Positions 31,109 through 40,892 of a DNA stretch of 64,000 bases are shown here, in pieces (position 1 is the first letter of the stretch; each line of letters opens with the position of its first letter). Made by a program: the position numbers and the translations under genes. The DNA lies in NCBI GenBank assembly GCA_963782055.1, contig CAWAIF010000003.1, positions 6,368,001 through 6,432,000 on the forward strand, given 5' to 3'. The notes under the pieces are model-generated. The model made no database searches. It was not told where the DNA came from and saw only the letters and a list, made by a program, of their open reading frames with translations. This DNA is from an uncultured delta proteobacterium. Lineage in GTDB: Bacteria; Myxococcota_A; Polyangia; Polyangiales; Polyangiaceae.

Positions 31109-33985
31109 TCAGCCCGCGGGCGCGAGCAAGGTGAAGGGCTCCGGCCCCAGCTCGTAACCCGCCTCGCGCAGCACCACCCGCTCGGGGTGCGCCGGGTCGT
31201 CCTCCACCAGCGCGCGCAGCCGGTGGAGGGTCACGCGGATGCGGTTGGTGTCGTTGAGCGGGTGGAACTGGCGCACGCCCCACACGTCGCGCGCCAGGTC
31301 CTCGAAGCCGGCCGCTCCGCCGCGGGTCGCGAGCACCTCCAGCACCTTGAGCAGCAGCTTCTGCCGCACAAGGCTCACGGTGCGCCCGCTCGGCAGCCAC
31401 ACGCTCTGACGACGCACGTCCACGCCCCAGCCCGCGCGCCACGCACCGCCCTGCCGCCGCACGCTCACCACGCGCGCCGCGGCCTGCGCGCGCACCGCGT
31501 CCACGACCGCCGCGTCCACCGCGTCGAGGGTGGGGCGCTCGGCGCCGAGCAGCGCGCGCGCGCGACGCGCCGCGGACGGGGCGACCTGGTCCATCATGGC
31601 GAGCTCCTCCAGCGCCACCGGGTCGAGCGCCGGCTCGTCCAGCGCGCAGGCGAGCAGCCGCGCCTCTGCCGCGAACCGCGGCGACGGGAGGTCCGCGGCG
31701 CGCCGCGCGACGTCGCCCGCCTCCGCGAGGGCCGCGGCGCGGTCGCCGGAGACGGCGAGCGCCTCGACGAGGGTCAGGCGCGCCTCCATCTGGTGCACCC
31801 CCCAGCCATGGGTGCCCGCCACGTCGATGGCGCGGCGCGCGAGGGCCGCCGCCGGCGCGCCGCTCACCAGCGTGCGCGTGGCGTCCACCATCGCGCGCAG
31901 GATGGTGCCCTCCACGTCGCGCGGCTCCGGCGCGGGCAGCTCCCGCCCGGCGCGCGCGGCGCAGAGCGCCAGCCGCAAGGCGAAGCTGGAGCGGGACCCG
32001 GCGCCGAGCGGCAGCCGGTCCAGGTCCAGCGACTCCGCCGGCTCGGCGAAGAGGCACCGCAGCCGCTCGCGGGTATCCAGACACCAGGCGTGCACCAGCG
32101 GGTTGCGCTCGCGCGTCTCGAAGACGAGCCGGTCGATCTCGGCGTGCGCGCCCTCCAGCTCGCCCGCGGCCATGCGCCGCTCCACCTCCAGCAGGTGCGA
32201 GATGGCGTGATAGACGGTGTCCCCCTTCGCGCGGAGCAGGCGCTCCAGCAGCGCCCTGGCCTCGGCCAGGCGCCCGCGCGCGACGGCCAGGTTGGCGATG
32301 GCGTTCTGCTGGATGCGCGTCGCGCGCAGGCTGTCCAGCGCGCCGAGCTCCTCCTTGCCGCCTGTCAGCTCGTCGTGCGCGCGGTCCAGGTGCCCGCACT
32401 CCATGTACGCCGCCATGCGGTAGTAGCGCGCGAAGAACTCCGGAGGTCCGCCCAGCACGTCGGTCGCCAGCCCGGACGGCGCCTCGCGCTTCGGTCGGCC
32501 GCCGCCCTGCTCCAGCGTCCGGAGCGCCCGTTCGGTCTGCCCCGCCTCGGCGAGGTAAAACGCCAGCAGCGCGCCGCGCACCGTCGCGCTCGCGTCGTCC
32601 ACCGGCTCGAGCTGCTCGAGCACCTCCACCCCGCGCTCGGCGCGCTCCAGGCTGTGCACCGCCATCGCGTGCAGCAGCCCGGCCCAGAAGGCCGTCGGGG
32701 CGTCGTGCGCGGCGTGCGCGGCGCGGTAGGCCGCGTCGGCCACGCGCTCGGAGTCGCTCAGACGCTCCTCCACGGAGAGGGCGCGCGCCCACAGCAGCCG
32801 CTCCACCACGGCGTCGGCGGGCGGCTCCTCCAGCACTGTCGTCACCTTCACGTCGGCGAGCTGCAGCGCGGCGCGCAGCTTGAAGGAGCGGAAGGCGGGA
32901 TCGTCGACGGGGGCGAGCAGCTTCCAGAGCGTCGGCGCCTGACCGCCCCGCAGCAGGGCGTCGAAGGACGCGCGGCACAGGGCGAGCGCGCTCTCGGTGT
33001 CCCCCACCTGCAGCGCGAGCCGCACGGCCTCCGTCGCCTCCGCCTCGCCTCCGCTCGACGCGAGCGCCGAGACCGCGCGCCGACGCGCGTGCCCGCTGGA
33101 GGGCGCGATCCACTCCTCCACCCACGGGCGGGCGGCCTCGTGAAGGCAGAAGCCACCGGCGACCGCCTCGACGAGGCCGCGGCGCTCCAGCTCGTCGATC
33201 GCGGGGCGAACGTCCTCGCCCACGCTCTCCTCCAGCACCTTCTGCAGGACGGGGCGCTCCACCACCCAGAGCACCTCCAGCACACGACGCCCCAGATCGT
33301 CCACGCCCTCGAAGGGCTCGTCGCGCGTGGCCACCGGGACGCCGGCGAGGCGCCGCAGCATCCATGGAGAGCCGGCCGCCTCCCGCGCCACCGACAGCGC
33401 GCGCGCCCGGGAGAGCTCGGGGTCCACCTCGCGAGCCAGCGCCGCGAGCTGCCGCTCGGTCAGCGGCCCGAGGCGCAGCACCTGCCCCGCGAGCTCGGGA
33501 GCCGACGGCACCACGCGGCTGGTGGCGATCCAGCGCGAGCGCCGTGCGTAGCGGGCCACCGAGACCAGCAGCCGCTCCGCCTCGGTCATCGCGTGGTGCA
33601 CGTCGTCCAGCAGCACCACAGCCTCGTGGGCCTCGGCGAGGTCGATGGCGTCCATCGCCAGCTCCTCGTCGTCGCGCCCGGGCAAGGCGATCGCGGGCGC
33701 GCCGCCCAGACACCCGAGCGCGCGCACCAGCTCCAGCAGCACCTGGCCGAAGGGCTTGGAGGCGCGCAGCCCCACCATCACCGCCCGCTCCAGCCGCTCG
33801 CGGAGGTGGGCCTGCACCGCGGCCGCCGCGAGGGACGTCTTGCCGAGCCCGCCGACGCCGCACACCACCAGCACCGGGGCGCGGCGGAGCATCGCCCGGA
33901 GGGTGCGCAGCTCCTCACGCCGGCCGAGGAAGGTCGCCGGCGGGTTGGGGACTCGGTAGGCCAGCGGAACGCGGGGAGAGGGCAT
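31109..33985 (-). CDS. STAND-like P-loop ATPase with a C-terminal OmpR-type winged helix (large transcriptional regulator)
   Basis: FLGRREEL, Walker A GVGGLGKT and Walker B VLLDDVH. Helical middle region; C-terminal LARDVWG...NRIRVTLHRLR...GYEL. Confidence 0.85.
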   Translation of the reverse strand: MPSPRVPLAYRVPNPPATFLGRREELRTLRAMLRRAPVLVVCGVGGLGKTSLAAAAVQAHLRERLERAVMVGLRASKPFGQVLLELVRALGCLGGAPAIALPGRDDEELAMDAIDLAEAHEAVVLLDDVHHAMTEAERLLVSVARYARRSRWIATSRVVPSAPELAGQVLRLGPLTERQLAALAREVDPELSRARALSVAREAAGSPWMLRRLAGVPVATRDEPFEGVDDLGRRVLEVLWVVERPVLQKVLEESVGEDVRPAIDELERRGLVEAVAGGFCLHEAARPWVEEWIAPSSGHARRRAVSALASSGGEAEATEAVRLALQVGDTESALALCRASFDALLRGGQAPTLWKLLAPVDDPAFRSFKLRAALQLADVKVTTVLEEPPADAVVERLLWARALSVEERLSDSERVADAAYRAAHAAHDAPTAFWAGLLHAMAVHSLERAERGVEVLEQLEPVDDASATVRGALLAFYLAEAGQTERALRTLEQGGGRPKREAPSGLATDVLGGPPEFFARYYRMAAYMECGHLDRAHDELTGGKEELGALDSLRATRIQQNAIANLAVARGRLAEARALLERLLRAKGDTVYHAISHLLEVERRMAAGELEGAHAEIDRLVFETRERNPLVHAWCLDTRERLRCLFAEPAESLDLDRLPLGAGSRSSFALRLALCAARAGRELPAPEPRDVEGTILRAMVDATRTLVSGAPAAALARRAIDVAGTHGWGVHQMEARLTLVEALAVSGDRAAALAEAGDVARRAADLPSPRFAAEARLLACALDEPALDPVALEELAMMDQVAPSAARRARALLGAERPTLDAVDAAVVDAVRAQAAARVVSVRRQGGAWRAGWGVDVRRQSVWLPSGRTVSLVRQKLLLKVLEVLATRGGAAGFEDLARDVWGVRQFHPLNDTNRIRVTLHRLRALVEDDPAHPERVVLREAGYELGPEPFTLLAPAG

Positions 33986-34079
33986 CGCGCGGGTCCACCA
34001 TATCAAACCCCGCGCGGACGCCGGGGATCCCGCGTAATCCGGTGTAACTAGGCGCCGGCGCTGGACGCGCTAACCTCGG

Positions 34080-36065
34080 GTGGTGAGCCCGCGACGCCTT
34101 TCCTTGCCCTTTCTCGCCCTGTCTGCCCTCGCCGCCGCCGCCAGCGCGCCCGCGTGCAGCAGCACCCCAGACACCACGCCGCCGCCGGACGACCGGCCGC
34201 CGCGCATCTGCAAGGTGCCCGGCGACGCGCCGCAGCCGTGGTTCCACGAGGTCACCGACCAGGTGGGCCTGGGCAAGACCGGCTCGCTCGAGCCCATCGC
34301 GGTGGGCGTCATCGCCGCCGACCTGGACGGCGACGGCTTCCCGGATCTGGTGACCTACGCGGGCAACTCCTCGCGCGGGATGATCACCGACCAGAAGAGC
34401 GTGCTCTACAACAAGCGGCTGCGCTTCGTCTTCATGAACCGCCCCGACCCCAACGACGCGTCCAAGCGCGTCTTCGTCGACACCCTCGCCGACTCCGGCC
34501 TGCTCGCCACGCGCGACGGCAAGGGCGATCGCGGCTGGGGCCTCATCAACGCGGGGGATCTGGACAACGACGGCGACGTCGACCTGCTCCTCTGCCCCGC
34601 GGACGTCATCTCCAGCACCTACTCGCCCGAGGATCCGTGCGACGCCTTCCTCAACGACGGCAAGGGCCACTTCACCCTCGCCCCCCAGAGCGATCTGGAC
34701 AAGAAGGTCATCTGGGTGGGGAGCGGCGCGCTGCTCGACTACGACCGCGACGGCGTCCTGGACTTCTGGCCGGCCACGGTGGCGCACTGGCCCTACGACC
34801 CCAACGGCCCCAACAACGAGCCCCCCACCCTCTACCGCGGCAACGGCGACGGCACCTTCACCAACGTCTCGGCGCAGGTCGGCCTGCCCACCACCGACGG
34901 CACCCTCATCCAGGGCACCCAGTGGCGTCACGTCTTCGGCGTGACGGCGTGCGACATCGACGGCGACGGCGACGACGACATGATCTTCGCCTCCTACGGG
35001 CGGGAGGAGAACCAGGTGTGGCGCAACGACGACGGCCACTTCGTCAACGTCGCGCACGATCTGGGCATCGACCACGACGACCGCGAGGACTACTCCGACG
35101 ACCAGTCCTACCGCTGCTACTGCGCGGCGACGCCCGGCGCGTGCCCGGCGAGCGTGCCCGCGCCCAGCCCGGCGAGCTTCTGCAACGCCTTCGGCAACGG
35201 GCTGGGGCGCGGGTGGGGGCCCAACATCAGCGACAAGTCCTTCTCCCTGGGCGGCAACAACTTCACCATCGCCTGCGGGGACATCGACGACGACGGCGAC
35301 ATGGACCTGATGAGCGCCACCATCGTCCACGGGGACGTCGGCAGCTCGGAGGACCCGTCGGAGCTCATCTTGAACCCGGGCGACGGCAGCAAGTTCACGC
35401 GGCCGGGCAACGAGACCAACGGCATCGACCGGCCGGAGACGGGCATCTACTGGAACCACGGCGACGACATGGCGGTGTTCGCCGACCTCGACCTGGACGG
35501 TCGCAAGGACATCTTCATGACCACCACCGGCGCCTACGGCCCGGTGGATCGCTCCCACCTCTGGCACCAGAAGGCGGACGGCACCTTCGAGGAGATCGCC
35601 ATGCAGGCGGGCCTGGTCAGCTCCAACTTCATGCCCAACCACCAGGGCCCGGTGTTCGTCGACATCGATGGCGACGGAGACCTGGACCTCATCGACGGCC
35701 AGACCGACGGCGTCCAGAGCATGCACGCATACATGAACGACGTCGGCCAGGACTCCAACTGGTTGCGCGTACGCCTGGTGGGCTCGGGCGCGGGCGGCTC
35801 CAACGTCTCCGCCATCGGCGCCATCGTGCGGGTGACGGCGGGCGGCCGCACCCAGACCCAGGAGATCCAGGGCGGCTACGGCCACGGCAACCAGGAGGCG
35901 GGCCTGGTGCAGACCTTCGGCCTGGGCGACGCGTGCGACGTGGACAAGGTGGAGGTCCGCTGGCCCAACGGCGACTCCACGGTGTCCACCTTCAGCGACG
36001 TGCGGGCGAACTACACCATCGAGCTGCACGAGGGCGACGACGCCGTCCACTACGTGAAGCACTAG
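34080..36065 (+). CDS. FG-GAP/VCBS repeat lipoprotein with an ASPIC/UnbV C-terminal domain (CRTAC1-like)
   Basis: About seven DxDxDGxxD repeats, then NWLRVRL..SAIGAIVRV..FGLG..VEVRWPNG. Confidence 0.92.
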   Translation: MVSPRRLSLPFLALSALAAAASAPACSSTPDTTPPPDDRPPRICKVPGDAPQPWFHEVTDQVGLGKTGSLEPIAVGVIAADLDGDGFPDLVTYAGNSSRGMITDQKSVLYNKRLRFVFMNRPDPNDASKRVFVDTLADSGLLATRDGKGDRGWGLINAGDLDNDGDVDLLLCPADVISSTYSPEDPCDAFLNDGKGHFTLAPQSDLDKKVIWVGSGALLDYDRDGVLDFWPATVAHWPYDPNGPNNEPPTLYRGNGDGTFTNVSAQVGLPTTDGTLIQGTQWRHVFGVTACDIDGDGDDDMIFASYGREENQVWRNDDGHFVNVAHDLGIDHDDREDYSDDQSYRCYCAATPGACPASVPAPSPASFCNAFGNGLGRGWGPNISDKSFSLGGNNFTIACGDIDDDGDMDLMSATIVHGDVGSSEDPSELILNPGDGSKFTRPGNETNGIDRPETGIYWNHGDDMAVFADLDLDGRKDIFMTTTGAYGPVDRSHLWHQKADGTFEEIAMQAGLVSSNFMPNHQGPVFVDIDGDGDLDLIDGQTDGVQSMHAYMNDVGQDSNWLRVRLVGSGAGGSNVSAIGAIVRVTAGGRTQTQEIQGGYGHGNQEAGLVQTFGLGDACDVDKVEVRWPNGDSTVSTFSDVRANYTIELHEGDDAVHYVKH

Positions 36066-36139
36066 CCTCACCCCACGGCCCCCTCTCCCGGGGACGGGCC
36101 GGGGAGCCCAGGATGCTTCATCGGCGGTAGACTGCCCGC

Positions 36140-36610
36140 ATGAGCCAGATCTTCCGGTGCGCCAACTGCCTCGCGCCGCTTCGCCTCGACGCCGGCCCCA
36201 TCGCCACGTGCTCCTACTGCGGCGCGCAGACGCTGGTGAGCGCCCCGGCCGCGGTCGCGAAGCCGCCGGTGGGGAGCGGGCGACGGCTGGCCGCGGACGT
36301 CGCCTTCGTCGTGTCGCCGACGCGCCGGATCCCCTTCCTCGAGGCAGGCGCGCCCGTGCCCATCTTCCGTACCCAGACGCTCTCCACCTCGCGCGACGAC
36401 CAGGACGAGCTGAAGGTGAACCTGGCGCAGGGCGAGCGCGAGCTCGCGAGCTTCGGCTTTCCGATTCGCCAGCGCGGGCCGCGCGGCGTCCCGAAGATCG
36501 CGCTGACGGTTCGCGTCGCCGAGAGCGGCGCGATGAGCGTGACGCTCACCGAGCCGGGCACGGACAACGCCCTGGACCGCGACGGCATGCTCGCCGAGGT
36601 GACCGGCTGA
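36140..36610 (+). CDS. Zinc-ribbon protein with an Hsp70 substrate-binding-domain-like C-terminus
   Basis: CANC...CSYC, then STSRDDQ, QGER and PRGVPKI, resembling DnaK SBD-beta. Confidence 0.8.
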   Translation: MSQIFRCANCLAPLRLDAGPIATCSYCGAQTLVSAPAAVAKPPVGSGRRLAADVAFVVSPTRRIPFLEAGAPVPIFRTQTLSTSRDDQDELKVNLAQGERELASFGFPIRQRGPRGVPKIALTVRVAESGAMSVTLTEPGTDNALDRDGMLAEVTG

Positions 36611-36825
36611 TGAGTCGAGTGGACCAGATCCGCGAATGCGCCGTCGAGCTTCTGCAGCGCCTCGGGCGTCTTGGCGAGGAGCGAGACGAGGAACACGGTG
36701 GACCGGGCTCGGCGAAGGCGGTGAGCTCGTAGCGGCCCGAGGTCGGCTGATCGCAACGAAAGACCGATCAGTGGGACGCGCCGTTCAGTCGCTTGGCCCG
36801 GTTCTCGACGGGACGCTTCGCCGCT

Positions 36826-37188
36826 TCAGCAGCCCTGACACGACGCTGGCAGCGTGGTCGCGGAGAGCGAGGCGGCGCAAGCAGCGGCCTGGATGTCATT
36901 CGTGCACGTCGTGAGCTGAGCGCTCGTGCATGCGTCCATCGCAGTCTTGTTGGGCAGAGCGTCGAGTACCTTCTGCAGGCACTGGTTCGTCGTCCCGTCC
37001 GCCCCGTCCGTGGGAAACGCGACGCTGTATTCCACCGGGAAGCAGTCCTTGAGCCGCTGGCAATACGGGGGCGTGACTTGGCGCGCTGCCGCCTCGGTGG
37101 TCGGGTTGTCGCCACCGCTGCAAGCAGCGAGGCTCACCCCGGCAGCGACCAGCACGAGGACAACGGCTTTCGACGCGATTCGGCTCAT
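36826..37188 (-). CDS. Small Cys-rich lipoprotein
   Basis: RBS GAGGAGGAG and lipobox LAAC, with 8 further Cys. Confidence 0.85.
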   Translation of the reverse strand: MSRIASKAVVLVLVAAGVSLAACSGGDNPTTEAAARQVTPPYCQRLKDCFPVEYSVAFPTDGADGTTNQCLQKVLDALPNKTAMDACTSAQLTTCTNDIQAAACAASLSATTLPASCQGC

Positions 37189-37345
37189 CTCTTTCTCCTC
37201 CTCCCGTTCCGTGCTTCGGGACCTCGCGGACGTGCGCGCCGGACACGCTCCCGAAGAGAGCGAGCCCGGAACGCTGTCCAGCCGCGTACCGCTGTGCGGC
37301 GACGACGACACCGAAGTCCCCTCTACCGGGCGTGGCGCGTCAGAC

Positions 37346-37385
37346 AAAGGGAAAAGCACTCGAAGGGCGGGCGGCTCGAATGCTT
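37346..37385 (-). terminator. Intrinsic terminator-like hairpin (minus strand)
   Basis: AAGCATTCGA-12 nt loop-TCGAGTGCTT, followed by TTCCCTTT. Confidence 0.5.
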
Positions 37386-37939
37386 GCTCGTGCCCGGGCC
37401 GACGCACCAAGCGCCCCTCCTGGACGCGCTCTTCGCCGAGGCGATGGGCCCCTCCGCGTGCGCTCGCGCCGCCGCGTGTTGCCCGTGCACTGCGGGCGAA
37501 GGACGGCGTCGAGAACGGCGAGGACACCGTCGCGATCTGCGGTGGTTCCCCTGGCATGTCGCCGCTCTATTGCCGGAGCTGGCAACGGCGGCGGTGAGAG
37601 CGTACCGGCGCGAGCCGCCCGCCGAGTGTGCCCGATGACATCCCGGCTCGGCGCAGTGAAGCGCCCGCCGCCCGCCGGAAGGCTGGCGGGACTCTTCCGC
37701 CCCTCCGGCGTGGCACCGCACGAAGCGCCCTCGCTCGTTCCCTCCCAGCCCGGGCGGAGGGCCATCGCGGGGGAGGGCCCGTTACCTCCGCCTTCCCCGG
37801 CCACAGCCCGTCACCGCCGAGCAAGAAACCCTCCCCGCCCGAGCGAGCGAAGCGAGCGATGGGCCGGAGGAGGGCGCCCACGCGCAGGGCCCGCAGGGCC
37901 CAAGCATGGGCGGGGCGGGGCCCCCCTTGCCCCTTCTTC

Positions 37940-39046
37940 TCAGTTCGAAACCACCGTCCGCGAACAATTCTGCTGACTGAAGTTGTAACGCGTCCCCCCA
38001 TCCACCATCTCGAAGTCCGCCGGAGTCAGCGCCTTCAGATCGTGCGTATCCATCACGTCCGCGAGGTCCGTCGTGGCGGACACGAACAGGTAGTTACTCC
38101 CCGAGCCGTCATCCAGAAACATCCCGTACGTCTGCAGCGCCTTGGCGATGGTCCGCGCCGCATCGCTGGGGAGCGACGCGAGGTTGTAGTCGGAGCGCAG
38201 CCGGATGCGCGCGCCGTAGGGCATCGTGTTGGATCCGCCGGTGGGCCCGCCCAGGTGCGTGGCGGGGTGCACGTACACCGCCTTGCGGATCAGGCTGTTC
38301 TTGAGGGTGAAGCGCATCGCGTGGGCGATCTTGCCGGCCTGGATCTCCGCCTTGGTGACGAGCAGCGGGGCGATCGGCATGTCGGCCGCGTCGGAGCCGG
38401 TGCAGCCGTCGCCGCGGGAGAAGGGGTTGCCCGGCTGCCAGTAGTCGTGCGTCAGGTCCCACACCGCAAGGCAGGTGCCGGTGAAGGTGCCGCCGGTCGC
38501 CTGACCGCCGGTGACGTCGGCCTGGTAGAGCTCGTAGAGCCTCGTGCCCTGGTAGACCAGCAGGTGGCAGTCGTCGCCCTGGTTGGCGCAGTGGTAGTCG
38601 CTGGAGCCCTCGATGTTGCCGCCGGGCGGCAGCGCGATGGGCGAGGAGTCGCAGTCGGGAGGGCCGTAGCCGACGTCGGTGAAGGCCCGGCGCGTGAGGT
38701 TGGCGTCGGCGTGCAGGATCGCCATCGAGGGATCGAGCTGGAAGGGCCCCCACCCCGTCTGCTCCAGCGAGGTCTGGATCGTCCCCCACTCCGAGTCCGC
38801 CGCTGCCTTGGAGACGTCCTGGTAGATGGTGGAGGATCCGGGGAAGTCCTGTGATCCGGTCGTGCCGCCGTCGCCCCCGCCGCCGTCCGTCTGCGACGAG
38901 CCGTCCGGCCCGCCGCCCCCATCGCCGCCTCCTCCATCCGCGCTGGCGATCGCGTCCGGTCCGCCGTCGGCGCTGGACGAGTCATCTCCCCCGCAGGCGA
39001 GAGGCAGGAGGCAGAGGGCGAGACCCAGGCAGGCGATTGTGCGCAT
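37940..39046 (-). CDS. Hypothetical lipoprotein with a globular domain of unknown function
   Basis: Lipobox PLAC and a DGG linker. Motifs GDDCHLLV, LYELY, DAADMP, IAHAMRFT and ALQTYGMFLDD. Confidence 0.85.
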   Translation of the reverse strand: MRTIACLGLALCLLPLACGGDDSSSADGGPDAIASADGGGGDGGGGPDGSSQTDGGGGDGGTTGSQDFPGSSTIYQDVSKAAADSEWGTIQTSLEQTGWGPFQLDPSMAILHADANLTRRAFTDVGYGPPDCDSSPIALPPGGNIEGSSDYHCANQGDDCHLLVYQGTRLYELYQADVTGGQATGGTFTGTCLAVWDLTHDYWQPGNPFSRGDGCTGSDAADMPIAPLLVTKAEIQAGKIAHAMRFTLKNSLIRKAVYVHPATHLGGPTGGSNTMPYGARIRLRSDYNLASLPSDAARTIAKALQTYGMFLDDGSGSNYLFVSATTDLADVMDTHDLKALTPADFEMVDGGTRYNFSQQNCSRTVVSN

Positions 39047-40800
39047 CAGTGATAGGCTACCAGATAGGAGTTGAGGTCGATGTTACCGCTACCGCCCGTC
39101 GGCGGCTCGGCGTTGTTGAACATCCCCTTGTAGGTCACCGTCGCGTCCTGTCCGGGGGTCACGTCCTTCGTCACGTCCTGGGCCCACGGGTCCACCTGCC
39201 AGCCGGGGCACCACCCCCCGCGCCCGAACCACCACGTGCCGCCCTGGTTGGGCACCATGCCCGTCGCCCAGTTGGGGACGCACTTGTCGCTGGAGCCCGC
39301 CATCGGGAAGTCGTGATCGTACTTGGTGCCGTTGACGGTGAGCTCGTGCTGGTGATCGCAGAACTCGGAGCACGAGCTGGCGTCGTTGCCGTGGCCGGTC
39401 ACGATCGTCCACAGCTCCACGCGCGTGGCGTCGGCGGGGATGGGCACCGTCGCCGGCGTGCGCCCCACGTTGTAGTTCTCGTTGAAGGCGCCGCCGGTGA
39501 AGAGCGGGGTGATCGCCTCCGGCGTGTAGCCCTTCTTCTTGTTGGAGAAGCGCAGGGAGAGCGTGGTGGCGGTGGGCTGCTTGTTCCACGAGGGAGCGAA
39601 GTCCCAGCGGAAGTGGCGCATCCCGCCGTCGCGCAGCAGGGCGAGCATGGGCGTGGCGTCGACCACCCAGTGCGTCTCGCGGTGGTAGCTGGTGATGAAG
39701 CGCGCGATCTCGGTGTACGCGGGGGCGCCGCCGTCCCCGGCGTCGCCGCCGTCGGTGCCTGCGTCGCCGCCGGCGCTCGGCGCCGCCACCCCCAGCGAGG
39801 CGATGTAGTCCCACGCGCCGCAGCTCTGGAACTCCGCCACGCTGGGCGTGGGGCACGCGCTGGTGACCTCCACCTCCAGCGTGTCGAAGCCCTTCATCTG
39901 CTGCGCGGTGGGGAGCTGCACGTCCGTCTCGGCGAACTCGCTCAGGACCTGCCCGTCCCAGAGCTTGACGACCGTCGCGCCCTCCGCGTCCAGCTTCTCT
40001 TGCTGGTCCGCCTGCGCGTTCATGTAGTCCGCCTCGTACGCCGCGTAGGCGATGTTGTTCTGCCAGGGCCACTGGTTGGCGTCCTGCAGCGACTGGTCGA
40101 AGCGGGTGACGTCGGCGAGCTGGCCCACGTCGCGGATGCGCTGGAAGCGATCGATCGCGAGGCCGCTGACGGCGTGGTGGGTGAGCGCCTGCCCCACCCA
40201 GTTGCCCAGCGCGCCGCCCCGCGTGGCGACGACGTGCAGGTGCGGACGCCACTGGGCGGCGTCGGCGTCGGACATGCCGCCGAGCAGGGTGTCGACGCGC
40301 TGCTGCATCGCGCTGGTGACGTTCTGCGCGTTGGCGTCGGAGCCCTGGAGGGAGACGAAGAAGTAGTGGACGTTCTTCGGGGAGGCCTTCAGGAGCGCGG
40401 CGAGATCCTTGTCCTTGGTCCAGATGGAGGTGGTGTCCAGCGCGGAGACCGTCAGGATGTCCGGCAGGAAGATGTAGCTCTCGCACCCGGTGAAGCTCTG
40501 CTTGAAGTCCCAGGTGGTGCCGTCGACCAGCGGGACCGTGAAGTCATCGGCGATGTCGCCGCGGTTTGCCCCGTAGGGGCCCGGGGAGAAGGGCACCGTG
40601 GGGAGGCCGAGATCGCTGCACGACGCGGACTGCGGGCCCGCGTCCGGCTGCGGCGCCACGTCGTCGGCCGTCACGTCGTCGCCGGCGTCCGGACCGCCGT
40701 TCTGATCCCCGGAGTCGGAGCAAGCGAGGAAGCCGGCGGAGCACGCGAGCGCCGCCACCGAGCCCAGAGCGGAGAGGCGGAAGAGAAGCGAGCGCATCAT
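39046..40800 (-). CDS. Peptide-N-glycosidase F-related lipoprotein
   Basis: Motifs CGAWDY, EIARFITSY, VTGHG...EFC and GTWWFGRGGWCPG. The N-terminal part is redoxin-like (GDIADDFTVPLVDGTTW). Confidence 0.85.
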   Translation of the reverse strand: MMRSLLFRLSALGSVAALACSAGFLACSDSGDQNGGPDAGDDVTADDVAPQPDAGPQSASCSDLGLPTVPFSPGPYGANRGDIADDFTVPLVDGTTWDFKQSFTGCESYIFLPDILTVSALDTTSIWTKDKDLAALLKASPKNVHYFFVSLQGSDANAQNVTSAMQQRVDTLLGGMSDADAAQWRPHLHVVATRGGALGNWVGQALTHHAVSGLAIDRFQRIRDVGQLADVTRFDQSLQDANQWPWQNNIAYAAYEADYMNAQADQQEKLDAEGATVVKLWDGQVLSEFAETDVQLPTAQQMKGFDTLEVEVTSACPTPSVAEFQSCGAWDYIASLGVAAPSAGGDAGTDGGDAGDGGAPAYTEIARFITSYHRETHWVVDATPMLALLRDGGMRHFRWDFAPSWNKQPTATTLSLRFSNKKKGYTPEAITPLFTGGAFNENYNVGRTPATVPIPADATRVELWTIVTGHGNDASSCSEFCDHQHELTVNGTKYDHDFPMAGSSDKCVPNWATGMVPNQGGTWWFGRGGWCPGWQVDPWAQDVTKDVTPGQDATVTYKGMFNNAEPPTGGSGNIDLNSYLVAYH

Positions 40801-40892
40801 GGAATCTTGCGCCGCAACGCCGTGGAAGGGAAGCGGCCGCGTCACACAAGCGTCATTCGGCGTGGTCGGCGGGGCGTGCTACGCCCTCCCGC

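Noticed and set aside
36610..36732. 40-aa ORF overlapping the stop of the zinc-ribbon gene (MSRVDQIREC...)
   Set aside because: Short, weak codon bias and no recognisable motif; it cannot be supported.
36745..36785. c-di-GMP-I-like fragment (GAAA...GTGGGACGC)
   Set aside because: No GGCAAA/GCAAAG elements, and it lies between convergent genes. More likely a simple CTGATCG/CGATCAG hairpin.
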